Source: Nitrospirae bacterium MYbin3 (GTDB lineage Bacteria > Nitrospirota > Thermodesulfovibrionia > Thermodesulfovibrionales > Dissulfurispiraceae). From it: 47,642 nucleotides of DNA. This document shows, piece by piece, positions 27,989 through 38,090 of the stretch. The stretch spans positions 1 to 47,642 of the forward strand of contig PEAD01000024.1 in assembly GCA_002753335.1 (NCBI GenBank). The letters run 5' to 3'. A program made the translations under genes and the position numbers. Positions within the stretch are counted from its first letter, which is position 1. Each line of letters opens with the position of its first letter. The notes beneath the pieces are model-generated. The model was not told the origin of the DNA, did no database searches, and was given only the letters and a program-made list of their open reading frames with translations.

Positions 27989-28828
27989 CTAGGCACTCAC
28001 TTCCCATTCAATAAAACGGATCTTAAAGTCCTTTGTAGGAAAAATCATATCTTTGGGAAGCAATCTGCTCTCATCAAATACTATCTCCACTTTCCAGACC
28101 GTTATTTTTCTCCCATTTTCATCATAATAGTAAGCCCCTGGATAAGGTTTTGTTACGGCCCTTACGAAATTATATACATCAAGCGCCGATCTGTTAAAAT
28201 CCAGCTTGCCGTCATCAGGCGTTCTTTTGGGATACGCTGGAAAGCTTCCTGACTCATTGTGCATTCTGGGGGCAGTGCCTTTATGAATCTTAGGCAAATA
28301 TTCGCGAATAAGTTCAGCGCCTGCATGTGCGGCTTTTTTATAAACTGTATTGCAATCATCATTCAGCAGTATAGGAAAAGACTTCTGTGCAATGATATCT
28401 CCATCGTCAGCTTCAGGTGTCAGGTAGAACATTGTTATCCCGGTCTCCCTTTCACCCATAAGTATCGCCCAGTTAACAGGCGCACGCCCCCGATATCTCG
28501 GCAGCAACGACGAATGAAAGCCTATGGTTCCGAGGCGAGGAATATCTACGATTTCCTTGCAGATCAGCCTTTGCCATCCGCAGACGATTATAAGGTCAGG
28601 CGAACTATCTTTTAAGCGTCGAATACTTTCACTGCTATTTATGTGTTGTATCCTGATTAATTTACTGTTATTTTTTTCAGCAAGCGGTCCAAAATCAACA
28701 AAACCTGAGGTCTTAGCAGCCAGTTCCAGCGGAAGCGTAATCACAGTATCGATTTGATATCCAGTCTGATAAACAGCTTCCAGAACTGTCAAACCAATCT
28801 GTACTGTGCCTACAAAAACTATTTTCAT
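27989..28828 (-). CDS. sugar N-formyltransferase (Fmt-like)
   Basis: MKIVFVG, FHSSLLPRYRGRAPVNWA, ADDGDI and RAVTKPYPGA. ATG 28828 overlaps the upstream stop (ATGA). Confidence 0.85.
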   Translation of the reverse strand: MKIVFVGTVQIGLTVLEAVYQTGYQIDTVITLPLELAAKTSGFVDFGPLAEKNNSKLIRIQHINSSESIRRLKDSSPDLIIVCGWQRLICKEIVDIPRLGTIGFHSSLLPRYRGRAPVNWAILMGERETGITMFYLTPEADDGDIIAQKSFPILLNDDCNTVYKKAAHAGAELIREYLPKIHKGTAPRMHNESGSFPAYPKRTPDDGKLDFNRSALDVYNFVRAVTKPYPGAYYYDENGRKITVWKVEIVFDESRLLPKDMIFPTKDFKIRFIEWEVSA

Positions 28829-29496
28829 ATGGTTTCCTTTAGGTCCCGAACAAGAACGAACGGCTCTGCATACTCCACCCCGACAGAAAGCCCCCAATAT
28901 TTTGCGTAAGACCGCAATGCCTCACCACTTCTGGGATGGGGATAGGGTCTGCACTCGCTTTGATAACATTCCATAGCAGTAACCTTGCAATCAATTTCAT
29001 CCCGAATATTCAGAAAAGTATTAGGCGCAAAAGTCCGTTCGCAAAAAAGCAGGTTATATTCGGAAGAAGATGCAACAAAATATGAATAGACCTTTTTTAC
29101 TATCTGTCCTGGAATCGGTCTGACCGCAGTCATAGTCGCCGTACTAACAATCTGATGATCCCGGTTCAGGTCCCCAATATGATGTGTAAATACCGCCTCA
29201 GGCAGAATTTTATCAATATATTTCTCTATTATCTGCGTTACAGAAAGCAAGGAAACCGTATCAAGCTGTTGATTAGGCAGGTCTTCAAAAAAGACTTCCT
29301 TTGTACCTAACTTGAAATTTGCCTTAACAGCATTTTCTCTAAGGGCTTTCTCCATTTCTTTATCATATCTCGTTTCTGCTCCACCAGTAAGAATCAACAC
29401 ATAAGACTCATCCCCCTGATTGAAAGATTTATGGATAAGTCCACCGCAGCCTAAAATCTCATCGTCAGGATGAGCAGCTATTATCAAATTTTTCAT
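28825..29496 (-). CDS. PIG-L family N-acetyl sugar deacetylase
   Basis: AAHPDDEILGCGG, FTHHIGDLNRDH and YPHPRS. ATG 29496 is coupled to the upstream stop (ATGA). Confidence 0.9.
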   Translation of the reverse strand: MKNLIIAAHPDDEILGCGGLIHKSFNQGDESYVLILTGGAETRYDKEMEKALRENAVKANFKLGTKEVFFEDLPNQQLDTVSLLSVTQIIEKYIDKILPEAVFTHHIGDLNRDHQIVSTATMTAVRPIPGQIVKKVYSYFVASSSEYNLLFCERTFAPNTFLNIRDEIDCKVTAMECYQSECRPYPHPRSGEALRSYAKYWGLSVGVEYAEPFVLVRDLKETI

Positions 29497-30266
29497 GTAT
29501 CCCACCTGTGCATAATTACTTTAGAATCTTCGACAATCGAAAACCCATTTTTTATATAGAAATTCAGAGCTCCAAGGTTCCTGCTCTGCGTCTCGGTGCG
29601 TATTGAATATCCTCTAAAACAATTTGCTATATAATTAACCATCATCGCCCCAACCCCCCTTCCTTTAAATCTATCTATTACGGCAACAAAGCATAGAGTA
29701 GCCTGCTTCTCAGAATCATCCTCATTTACAAGAATCGCTCCGGCAATCTCCCTCCCGGACCTGGCAACAAAAATATGCCTTTGAGGTGAAGGTTTATAAT
29801 TGCGAATATACTCTATCCATAGTAAATCAGCCGTCTGTCGTGATATTCTTGTATCAGAATGAAACCTCGTATAAGTAAAGGCTGACCCAAGTTCTTCATA
29901 AGGAAGGCTAATATTTTCTGTAAGCTTATCAATAATAATATCCCCTCTATTTATAACTTCCCTATGGCCTGAAAAATTAAGCCTCAATACAAACTCAGTG
30001 ATTATATAGGCAAAGCCCGCCGACTGAAGAAAATGTATGACCTCTTTACCATAGGCCATACCGATTTTAGCCGTAACAAAAGATTTCTTAAGCTCCAGCT
30101 CAATCTTCGACCTTAACCCTTCAGAACATTTAAACATATAATTGTCGGTATCCAGGAAATAAGAACTGATGCCGAAAAAATCGGTATCCCACTCCAGAAA
30201 CCTGAAGTGATACTCGGTTCCATCACCAGCCAGGATTATATCACTTTGCAAGTTCACAGACGGCAT
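29493..30266 (-). CDS. GNAT acetyltransferase (WecD/SpsD-like sugar N-acetyltransferase)
   Basis: LEWDTDFFG, TRFHSD, VAV...KGRGVG and TQSRNLGALNFYIKNGF. Confidence 0.8.
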   Translation of the reverse strand: MPSVNLQSDIILAGDGTEYHFRFLEWDTDFFGISSYFLDTDNYMFKCSEGLRSKIELELKKSFVTAKIGMAYGKEVIHFLQSAGFAYIITEFVLRLNFSGHREVINRGDIIIDKLTENISLPYEELGSAFTYTRFHSDTRISRQTADLLWIEYIRNYKPSPQRHIFVARSGREIAGAILVNEDDSEKQATLCFVAVIDRFKGRGVGAMMVNYIANCFRGYSIRTETQSRNLGALNFYIKNGFSIVEDSKVIMHRWDT

Positions 30267-31233
30267 CTACAATTTCCTTCGTGCGAACAATATATTCCTT
30301 GTCAGGCAGCAGCGGATTCATCACAGAATTTATCAGCATTTCAGGGACAACCTCCCTAAATCCCAAATACCTGGCAAGTCCCTGCTCATGAAAGTAGCTG
30401 CAGCGTGCAATTTGGTGCTCATATGCGGCAATTAATATTGCAGGTGTGCGGGTCGCAATTAGTTCATAGGCGGTCAATCCCCCAGCTGCAATTGCAACAT
30501 CACAACTCATGTATTCGTCAAACATATTTTCGATATTGAATATCAACTTAAAACGCTGACCGCCTTTCTTTACAACCTGTTCAAGAGCCTCCCTGTAATT
30601 GTAGCCTGCGCCAAGGACAACAGTCACTATAAAATCCACATCATAATCGATCAATGCCTGTATAACCTTTTGAGTAAGATTCCATTCATCAGCCCCACCC
30701 ATAGCCACAAGCAGTTTTTTGGGACAAGCATTTTGTGCTCTGTTTTTTATTCGTTCGAAATCAAATTCGATCGGCAATATAACATACTCTGTTCCAAGCA
30801 ATAGTTGAGTTTTAGGATATCTTTTTCTATCAAACAACTTTGGTGCATCCACATCCCAATTCACAACAAGAGCAGTATCGTCAAAAACTTGTCCATCAAA
30901 ACAAACAGTTGCCTTTATTATCCCTGGGGCAAGATTTTTATAGTTTAATAGGCTTCTCTCTGTTATCTCAAGAAATATAACATTTATTCTCCAAGCCTCT
31001 GAGTATGAGTTTATAAGCTCGACCTCCTCTTCAACCGAGATATTTTCATCAATAGTGGCTATATTTTCCAATCCATGTTTCTGTACAAGCAAGCAGCCAG
31101 CTTTGTAATTGCGAATCATGAAATGGGACTCCCACCCTCTAACCTCAAAATACTTTGACAGCCGGATGAGCGACACCAAATCACCGGTCCCGATAGAAGG
31201 CTTTGCATCTGCCCTAAAAAGAATACGCTTCAT
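30241..31233 (-). CDS. pseG: PseG/SpsG-like NDP-sugar hydrolase (GT-B fold), atypical active site
   Basis: ILFRADA..IGTG, LGTEYVIL, LLVAMGGAD and DVAIAAGGLTAYEL. Asp sits at the catalytic His position. Confidence 0.7.
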   Translation of the reverse strand: MKRILFRADAKPSIGTGDLVSLIRLSKYFEVRGWESHFMIRNYKAGCLLVQKHGLENIATIDENISVEEEVELINSYSEAWRINVIFLEITERSLLNYKNLAPGIIKATVCFDGQVFDDTALVVNWDVDAPKLFDRKRYPKTQLLLGTEYVILPIEFDFERIKNRAQNACPKKLLVAMGGADEWNLTQKVIQALIDYDVDFIVTVVLGAGYNYREALEQVVKKGGQRFKLIFNIENMFDEYMSCDVAIAAGGLTAYELIATRTPAILIAAYEHQIARCSYFHEQGLARYLGFREVVPEMLINSVMNPLLPDKEYIVRTKEIVDAVCELAK

Positions 31234-32294
31234 CCCAGAATGCAGTCCCAGGTGATTGGGTCTTCAAATTTGATATTCTTTTTTGCGGTAATCTTATATT
31301 TATCAAAGAACTTAATAAATTTTGGCTCTAATCCATGTTCTTTCTTGCCGGACCTAAGAATATTTATATCGTTTGCACTGATAAGATCTCCCGGACAGAT
31401 ATCCCGCCCCGAATACAACCTCATAAAGGCAAAGTCTCTCAAATGTTTTTCGTGCGAATAAATTTTCTTTTCACTGCTGCCATAAATAACCTCATCTATA
31501 CAAAAATCTTTTTTCTCGCAATCCCCTTCAGCTTTGCGTATGTCCGCAACCATTTTTGCCAATTCATGGGGTTCTAAAGCAAAAAAATGGTCAGGACCGG
31601 TCATATCCTTGTTAAGAGTAATGTGCTTCTCGATTATTCGTGCGCCTAAGTATACAGCCTGGACAGCAGCCTCTGAAACTTCTTTTGTGTGATCAGAATA
31701 TCCTATATCGATGCAGGGGAAAGCCTTCCTGTAAGTTTCTATAACTCCAAGATTGCAGTCTTTCAATTGTGTAGGATATTGAATAGAACAGTGAAGCAAA
31801 GCTAATTTGTTGTGATATTTTAATACTGTTTCTACCGCTTCAAATACCTCGCCAAGTGTTGCGCCTCCGGTCGACAGAATAATTGACAAGCCCCTCTTAG
31901 CACAATACTCAATAAGGGGGATATTCGTAGCGACATATGATGCGAGTTTTGCAGTTTTGAATCCATGTGCGCTTAAAAAATCACAGCCTTCCTTATCAAA
32001 AACCGATGCAAGAAAATCTATCTTTTTTTCGGCGCAATATACCATAAGTTTATCTATCCAGCCCTCAGGCATTTCTGATTTTTCAACCGAAGAATAAATA
32101 TCATAAGAGTAGGCCTTATGCTCATCCAGCCAATCCAGCATCCCTGCACTTTTAGGATAAAGATTTTTAGCCCTAAACAGCTGAAACTTTACGGCATCAC
32201 ATCCGGCAGCGGCGGCGGTATTAATCATCTTATAACAGTTCTCTATATCCCCGTTATGGTTGATGCCAATTTCGGCAATAATGTAGGTTTTCAT
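31230..32294 (-). CDS. neuB: NeuB/PseI/SpsE-family nonulosonic acid synthase
   Basis: IIAEIGINHNG, AVKFQ, LSTG, LLHC..YPT, GYSDHT and IEKHITL...GPDH; C-terminal SAF-like domain. Confidence 0.92.
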   Translation of the reverse strand: MKTYIIAEIGINHNGDIENCYKMINTAAAAGCDAVKFQLFRAKNLYPKSAGMLDWLDEHKAYSYDIYSSVEKSEMPEGWIDKLMVYCAEKKIDFLASVFDKEGCDFLSAHGFKTAKLASYVATNIPLIEYCAKRGLSIILSTGGATLGEVFEAVETVLKYHNKLALLHCSIQYPTQLKDCNLGVIETYRKAFPCIDIGYSDHTKEVSEAAVQAVYLGARIIEKHITLNKDMTGPDHFFALEPHELAKMVADIRKAEGDCEKKDFCIDEVIYGSSEKKIYSHEKHLRDFAFMRLYSGRDICPGDLISANDINILRSGKKEHGLEPKFIKFFDKYKITAKKNIKFEDPITWDCILG

Positions 32295-32920
32295 TATTCT
32301 CTGTACTTAATAACTTTTGCCGGCACACCAACACAAATTGCATACTCCGGAACATCCTTTGTCACGACCGCATTTGCCCCAACTACCGCGCCCTTCTTTA
32401 TAACCACACCCATTTTAATTGTAACATTACCACTTATCCATACATCATCCTCTATTACAATAGGAGCATGACTATAACCCTGGTCTCTGATAAATTTTGA
32501 CTTCACTATGTTGTGCTCGCTGGAGTTCAAGTTTATATTGCCTGCAAACAAACACTTCTGCCCTATAATGACAGAGGTGCCACAATTAAAAGTGCAGTAA
32601 GGTCCTATAGCAGTCCCTTTGCCTATTATCAATTCTGCATCATTAGCTGCCACAAACCTGCAGTCAGAATCAATTGCAACATCATCATTTATAACTATTT
32701 TCCCATGTTCGCGGTTTCTGATATCTATATCCCCGCCTATAAACACATTGTTGCCGATGCAGATATCAGAAGCCCTGCCTCTTATCTTCAAATGCGGTGT
32801 CCCTTTTATTCTAAATTTTTCACCAACTTTAACACCCTTTCGCAATAAAATGACCTTAACAAGCATGCTGTGAAGAGACCAGTATGATTCTCCGAAAATC
32901 AATGACAGAATCTTATACAT
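32294..32920 (-). CDS. hexapeptide-repeat (LbH) acyltransferase
   Basis: IEDDVWISGNVTIKMGVVIKKGAVVGANAVVTKDVP...GVPAKVIKYR. ATG 32920 overlaps the upstream TGA. Confidence 0.85.
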   Translation of the reverse strand: MYKILSLIFGESYWSLHSMLVKVILLRKGVKVGEKFRIKGTPHLKIRGRASDICIGNNVFIGGDIDIRNREHGKIVINDDVAIDSDCRFVAANDAELIIGKGTAIGPYCTFNCGTSVIIGQKCLFAGNINLNSSEHNIVKSKFIRDQGYSHAPIVIEDDVWISGNVTIKMGVVIKKGAVVGANAVVTKDVPEYAICVGVPAKVIKYRE

Positions 32921-33966
32921 CAGCCCTTCTCCAAAATATAACGATGCTCGCCCTCTCCCCACATAATTGAGGCATCTTTTATGTTCTCCGACAACGCATA
33001 ATCCAGATCAAAAATATTGGCAGATATTATCTTCGTGAATTTAAATCCAAGCTCTTTGAATGTATCCTCCAGTTCCTGGCGGCTAGTGTGTGTTTCTATA
33101 GGCACATACCACGTATCTAAAAAAACAAACCTATTGTAAGGAAGCCCCATAATTTTTAACATATCTTTAGTAAATTCATACGGAATACTCTTAAATATTT
33201 CGCGCATTTTAATTCGTGTTTCCCAAAATATTCCTCCAGTTGCATAAAGATATAAAAAGCCTCGTCCTCCATAGCGCAGAACCCTGTAATATTCCCTAAG
33301 ACCTTGCTTTATTGATGTTGAATGATGCAGTGTTCCATTACAGAACACAAAATCAAAACTGCCATCTTCAAACGGAAGATTATGAAAGCTGCCTTCAAAA
33401 AAAATAATTGGCAGCTGCCTAGAATCGGCTAATCTCTGCGCCAACCTATATGACTGTTCATACAGATCAATAGCATATACCTTTTCAGCGTTTGCTAAAG
33501 CCAGAGCGATTGAGTATCTACCGCTACCACATCCCATATCCAAAACAACCTTCCCTTTAACAGCGTCCTCTATAATCGTTGGGGGAATCCGATTGGATAA
33601 CAGTTCGAAACTTTCCTTAACAAAAGTATCTTCAGAAAATCTATTCCAAAGGTCAGTATATAAATTTGATGTTGCCCGCTCTATAGATTCTTTTTCCATG
33701 GGGTTCTTGGACATATCGATGCGATTGACAGAATAAAACTTAATAAAGTTAAGCGAAGATTCCAGCCAAGAGTTCAGAGAACTAATCTTTCTGGTAATAA
33801 ATTCAACAGGATCGCAATTAACAAATCTCTCAAAAGGCTCATATGGATAAAGAAACCTGTAAAGTTCATGACAGGCTATTACAGTCAGGTGAGCTCCACC
33901 GTTAATAATTAGTTCGGAGCATTTTTGCGAAAACAACTCTAGCTCTTCAAAATATTTCTCAGCCAT
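32920..33966 (-). CDS. class I SAM-dependent methyltransferase with N-terminal extension
   Basis: VLDMGCGSGR, LPFEDGSFDFVFCNGTLHH and RVLRYGG. Confidence 0.85.
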   Translation of the reverse strand: MAEKYFEELELFSQKCSELIINGGAHLTVIACHELYRFLYPYEPFERFVNCDPVEFITRKISSLNSWLESSLNFIKFYSVNRIDMSKNPMEKESIERATSNLYTDLWNRFSEDTFVKESFELLSNRIPPTIIEDAVKGKVVLDMGCGSGRYSIALALANAEKVYAIDLYEQSYRLAQRLADSRQLPIIFFEGSFHNLPFEDGSFDFVFCNGTLHHSTSIKQGLREYYRVLRYGGRGFLYLYATGGIFWETRIKMREIFKSIPYEFTKDMLKIMGLPYNRFVFLDTWYVPIETHTSRQELEDTFKELGFKFTKIISANIFDLDYALSENIKDASIMWGEGEHRYILEKG

Positions 33967-35623
33967 TCTTTACCCTAAACATCTTCTTCCAGTATTCAAA
34001 TGCCATCGACTTATAAACGCTTCTATTGTATTTTCCTGTTCTGTCCCATTCAAACCATCTGTTTACAGGCGCAGAGAAACCTCTTTTGTCTATGCGGTCA
34101 ACTATTTCTCTGGGAATAAATTTTCTTGCGACTTTTTTCAATGCCCATTTTGTAACTCCATTTCGTATTTTATATTTTGAAGGCATCGAAAAGGCATACT
34201 GTATAAGCCTGTAATCCAGGAACGGCGAACGGTTCTCGATACTGAAAGCCATGCAAAGCCTGTCGGCCATCTGTAAAAGCACCTGCATAGTAGAATAAAA
34301 ATCGTTCAATCCCATTGCATGGATGACATCAGCCCTTGTCTTTTCAAAATAATAAGATATCGTCTGGTCCAAATATCTGTTAACCTGCTCATCAAACTGA
34401 TTCTCGCAGCGGTTTACAAGCTTGGCATATCTGTCTACAGGACTACCATAGTATCTGCCTACGAGATAAGCATATTTGCTCATGGATTCGAGCTGTTTGA
34501 TTTGTTCATCATGGTATAAAAGCATATATCTAGAATATCCTGAAAAGATTTCATCCGCTCCGTCACCATTCATGACAACTTTTAGGTCCCTGCACGAATG
34601 CTCAAGCAGCATCCATAAAGAGAAACTTGTCCATGTGCAGGGGGTGTCAAGATGATATGCTATCTGATCTCGGGTCCGAATAAAATCTTTTTTGTCAGGT
34701 TTTATAACCTTCAATTCCCTTTTGATTCTTTTTGCTATCAACTGCGCATACTCAAGCTCATCGAAATCGTCATAATCGTAATGAACGTGGTATATAAAAT
34801 CAGGTTTCGAAATACAGGCCACCAATGAACTGTCAACGCCACCGCTGATAAAACATCCGTATTGGTGGACAGAATTCTTTGTCCTAAGCAAAATAGCATC
34901 TTCAAGCAGTTCGGACAAATCCTTGATAATCTTCTTTTCATTATCCTGAATATCAATTAGATTGTCCCAAATCTTCCAATATTCGTGCTTTGTAAATCCT
35001 TTATCATTAGCCTTAATGTACTCCCCCGGTTCAAGGCTGTAAATATTCTTAAAAAGAGTCTCTGAGCCGACCGTAAATTCATATGCCCTGTAAGATATGG
35101 CATTGCGGTTAAACTCAGGGCTGACCACTTCTAAAAGACTCTTCATTTCGCTGGCAAATGCAAAAAAATCTTTCCCCTTTACGTAATATATTGGCTTTTC
35201 GCCGGCCTTGTCTCTCACTATATATACATTCTTCCCCTGTGCATCACATACTGCAAAAGCGTACATGCCGTTATAATCTTTGAAAGAATCCGTTCCTTTT
35301 TCAATATAATTATAAAGGGCAGTTTCGGCATCTGAATCAGTTTTGAATTTATAAGAGAAAATTAGGCTGTCTTTTATCGAATTATGGTTGTAAATTTCCC
35401 CGTTGTAAACAATTACATAGCTACCAGAAGAATCCTCATAAGGAATCGTGTGTTTTGACTTCCCGATAATACTAAGCCTCGTGCTTCCTAAAGTTACATT
35501 GCCAAAAGTTTTAAGCCCAATCTGATCAGGCCCTCTGTATCTCATTTTACAAAGCATATTATTGACAATCTCATATGCGTTGTACTTTTTGTTTTTAGAA
35601 ATAAATCCGGCAATGCCACACAT
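33959..35623 (-). CDS. asnB: asparagine synthase-like glutamine amidotransferase (probable sugar amidation)
   Basis: MCGIAG, RGPD, YNGEIYN, SGGVDSS, GDGADEIF and ENRSPFLD. Confidence 0.9.
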   Translation of the reverse strand: MCGIAGFISKNKKYNAYEIVNNMLCKMRYRGPDQIGLKTFGNVTLGSTRLSIIGKSKHTIPYEDSSGSYVIVYNGEIYNHNSIKDSLIFSYKFKTDSDAETALYNYIEKGTDSFKDYNGMYAFAVCDAQGKNVYIVRDKAGEKPIYYVKGKDFFAFASEMKSLLEVVSPEFNRNAISYRAYEFTVGSETLFKNIYSLEPGEYIKANDKGFTKHEYWKIWDNLIDIQDNEKKIIKDLSELLEDAILLRTKNSVHQYGCFISGGVDSSLVACISKPDFIYHVHYDYDDFDELEYAQLIAKRIKRELKVIKPDKKDFIRTRDQIAYHLDTPCTWTSFSLWMLLEHSCRDLKVVMNGDGADEIFSGYSRYMLLYHDEQIKQLESMSKYAYLVGRYYGSPVDRYAKLVNRCENQFDEQVNRYLDQTISYYFEKTRADVIHAMGLNDFYSTMQVLLQMADRLCMAFSIENRSPFLDYRLIQYAFSMPSKYKIRNGVTKWALKKVARKFIPREIVDRIDKRGFSAPVNRWFEWDRTGKYNRSVYKSMAFEYWKKMFRVKNG

Positions 35624-35626
35624 AGC

Positions 35627-36940
35627 TTAGCCTAATTGCTGAAGTTTCCCATCTCCGGGAACATGATAAGTGGCCTTGGAAGAGAAGCGAAAAGCCTTCA
35701 ATAATCCTGTATTATCTATAATAATTTTTCTGTTATTTATACAAAGCCGCTCAATATCCTTTTGAGTAAAATACCTGTATTCTTTATGCGATGCCATAAT
35801 AAACACCGCATCTGTGATCAACTTCCCATTTTTTATATCGATAAAATTGGCAAATGGAAGAATTTCTTTAATCTCTTTTTCTGTAAAAAAAGGATCGTTG
35901 ACAAACACCGTTATCCCATTCTCATTGAAATACTCAGCAAGAATAAGTGATGGTGAGAGTCTTATATCTTTTAGGTCTCCTTTTACCGACAAACCCAGAA
36001 TAGTGACTGACCTTGCCCCGCGACGCTTCACTGCATCGGCGTAGTTAAGCAAGCTTGATAGATTAACTGCCTGAGATTCTTTTATGATAGACAGCATCCC
36101 AGGGTTGTTTGCGCCCATGAGAAGATGGTTAATCGAGTTTAATGTCCGATAACTGCTAGTCCCTACACTAATCGCAGCTTCGTTCAACCCGAACAGGCTG
36201 GACAGGAGTTTTACCATCTTTGTAATGTCTGTTTCAGGGTAGGCCAGCGAGAGCTGATTAAGGATTGCCGAAAAAACATATTCTATAGAATTTTTGGTAT
36301 TTTCATAAATTTCGGCCTCTTTCAATGTCGCAAGGGAACTGTTCTTTATGCCCAAGGCATCATAGAAGACCTGCACCTTATCCAAAGACTCTTGCGAATA
36401 TCCGGACAATACCACAGCCTTTTCATTCGAAAAGAACTCCTCAAATGTCCAATCGCTGCGAAATGCCGAAGCATAAAAACATTTTATTTTTGCATTTTCT
36501 ATCCTGCCTATAAACTCTCCTTCGATGCCTCCAGGAACTCCGGCTGCCTGAAAAATCACCAATGAGTTTGCCGCCCTCTTGCCGTTCTTTATAAAAGTAT
36601 CGGCAATAGCGCTTAGTACATCTTCACCACCGTCAGTCTTAATATAGGGAAGGGCAATTATATGCACCGCTGATGGAAATAAATCATCAGGACTCGATTT
36701 GATGGATAACCTTGAAATATCAACAGCCGGAACTTCATCTTTTACTGACCAAAGATTTCTCTGTTTGCCTGTAGGATATGCTCCTTTTTTAATATCCGCC
36801 GCTGTCACATTATCCCAGCTGTAAACATTAACAAAAAAACCTTGCGACTGAAGCAGTAATATCGTAGAATACCCCAGATACCCTATACCCCAAACCGAAA
36901 CCGTCTTGCTTGCCAATAAGACTTCCTTGAATTTTTGCAT
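35627..36940 (-). CDS. degenerate UDP-glucose/GDP-mannose dehydrogenase-family protein
   Basis: WGIGYLG Rossmann motif and C-terminal ILGLSVKGDLKDIRLSP...DPF...HKEY. The GGxC, PER and catalytic Lys motifs are not recognisable. Confidence 0.7.
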   Translation of the reverse strand: MQKFKEVLLASKTVSVWGIGYLGYSTILLLQSQGFFVNVYSWDNVTAADIKKGAYPTGKQRNLWSVKDEVPAVDISRLSIKSSPDDLFPSAVHIIALPYIKTDGGEDVLSAIADTFIKNGKRAANSLVIFQAAGVPGGIEGEFIGRIENAKIKCFYASAFRSDWTFEEFFSNEKAVVLSGYSQESLDKVQVFYDALGIKNSSLATLKEAEIYENTKNSIEYVFSAILNQLSLAYPETDITKMVKLLSSLFGLNEAAISVGTSSYRTLNSINHLLMGANNPGMLSIIKESQAVNLSSLLNYADAVKRRGARSVTILGLSVKGDLKDIRLSPSLILAEYFNENGITVFVNDPFFTEKEIKEILPFANFIDIKNGKLITDAVFIMASHKEYRYFTQKDIERLCINNRKIIIDNTGLLKAFRFSSKATYHVPGDGKLQQLG

Positions 36941-36941
36941 A

Positions 36942-38090
36942 TTATTTCCTCACTAAATCGTTAAAATGTTCAACTACATATTCGATGTCCTCATCCGTCA
37001 TAGAAGGGAACATCGGTATAGACAGCATCTCCGGAAATACCTTGTTGGCTACAGGGAAATTATCTTCTGGAAAGCGTCCCCGATAATAACTGTGCATGTG
37101 GAGCGGCCTAAAATGAACACTGGCTCCTATATTGCGCTGTTTAAGCTTATCAATCAAGCTGTCTCGTTCAATAATGCTCGAAGGGACTCTTACAATAAAT
37201 AAATGATAGATATGGTTATGAATTTCAGAGTCTGCGGTAAATAGGACATTGCTGCTCAGATTATTTCTGTATACTTTTGCAATATGCTTCCGTCTATTAT
37301 TCATAACATCAATTTTATGCAGCTGAGCCAAACCTATCGCAGCATGAATGCTGTCAAAGTTATATTTATAGCCTAATTCCTCTATATCGTAAAACCATTT
37401 GCCGGTTTTGCCATAGCGATTGAAGGCTTCCTTATATATGCCAAAATAGCTCAATTTTCGTATCTTCCCTATCAGCTCCTCGTCTGAAGATACAACCATG
37501 CCGCCTTCTCCGGTAGCAAGGTTTTTGGTGGCATAAAAACTAAATACCGTAGCATCCGAAAAATTGCCGATCTTTGTGCCTCTATATTGAGTTCCAATAG
37601 CATGTGCAGCATCCTCTACGATTTTTATGCCGCGATCTGCTCCTATTTTTTTCAGCCCATCCATATCACACGGATAGCCGGCCATATGAACAGGGATGAT
37701 CGCTTTTGTCCTCGAATTGATAAGCCGCTCCGCTTTTTGGATGTCTATGTTCAGACTGTCCTCTTCTATGTCACACAAAACAAGCGTTGCGCCTGTCCAT
37801 TCCACAATCTGGGCTGTAGCCGCAAAAGTCCATGTCGGAACTATCACCTCGTCGCCTTTGCCTATGCCAAGCGCAAGCAGCGCAAGGTGAAGCCCTGCGG
37901 TGCATGAATTCAAGGCAACAGAATGAATTTCATTGCCATCATGCCTTAAATAATCGGCCACCATACGCTCAAACCTGTCAACAACCGGCCCTGTCGTCCA
38001 CCAGCCGGACCGCAACACCTCTGCAACAGCCGCTATCCCGTCTTCATCGACAGAGGGTCTGGACAAAGGCAGAAAATTATCCCTAATCAT
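36942..38090 (-). CDS. DegT/DnrJ/EryC1/StrS aminotransferase (SpsC/PseC-like)
   Basis: SGWWTTGP, NSCTAGL, TFAATA, VEDAAHA, FSFYATKNLATGEGG (PLP Lys) and GYKYN. ATG 38090 is coupled to the upstream stop. Confidence 0.92.
   Translation of the reverse strand: MIRDNFLPLSRPSVDEDGIAAVAEVLRSGWWTTGPVVDRFERMVADYLRHDGNEIHSVALNSCTAGLHLALLALGIGKGDEVIVPTWTFAATAQIVEWTGATLVLCDIEEDSLNIDIQKAERLINSRTKAIIPVHMAGYPCDMDGLKKIGADRGIKIVEDAAHAIGTQYRGTKIGNFSDATVFSFYATKNLATGEGGMVVSSDEELIGKIRKLSYFGIYKEAFNRYGKTGKWFYDIEELGYKYNFDSIHAAIGLAQLHKIDVMNNRRKHIAKVYRNNLSSNVLFTADSEIHNHIYHLFIVRVPSSIIERDSLIDKLKQRNIGASVHFRPLHMHSYYRGRFPEDNFPVANKVFPEMLSIPMFPSMTDEDIEYVVEHFNDLVRK

Noticed and set aside
27989..28828. Methionyl-tRNA formyltransferase (fmt)
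   Set aside because: No def gene nearby, shortened C-terminal domain, and coupling to a sugar deacetylase in a glycan operon.
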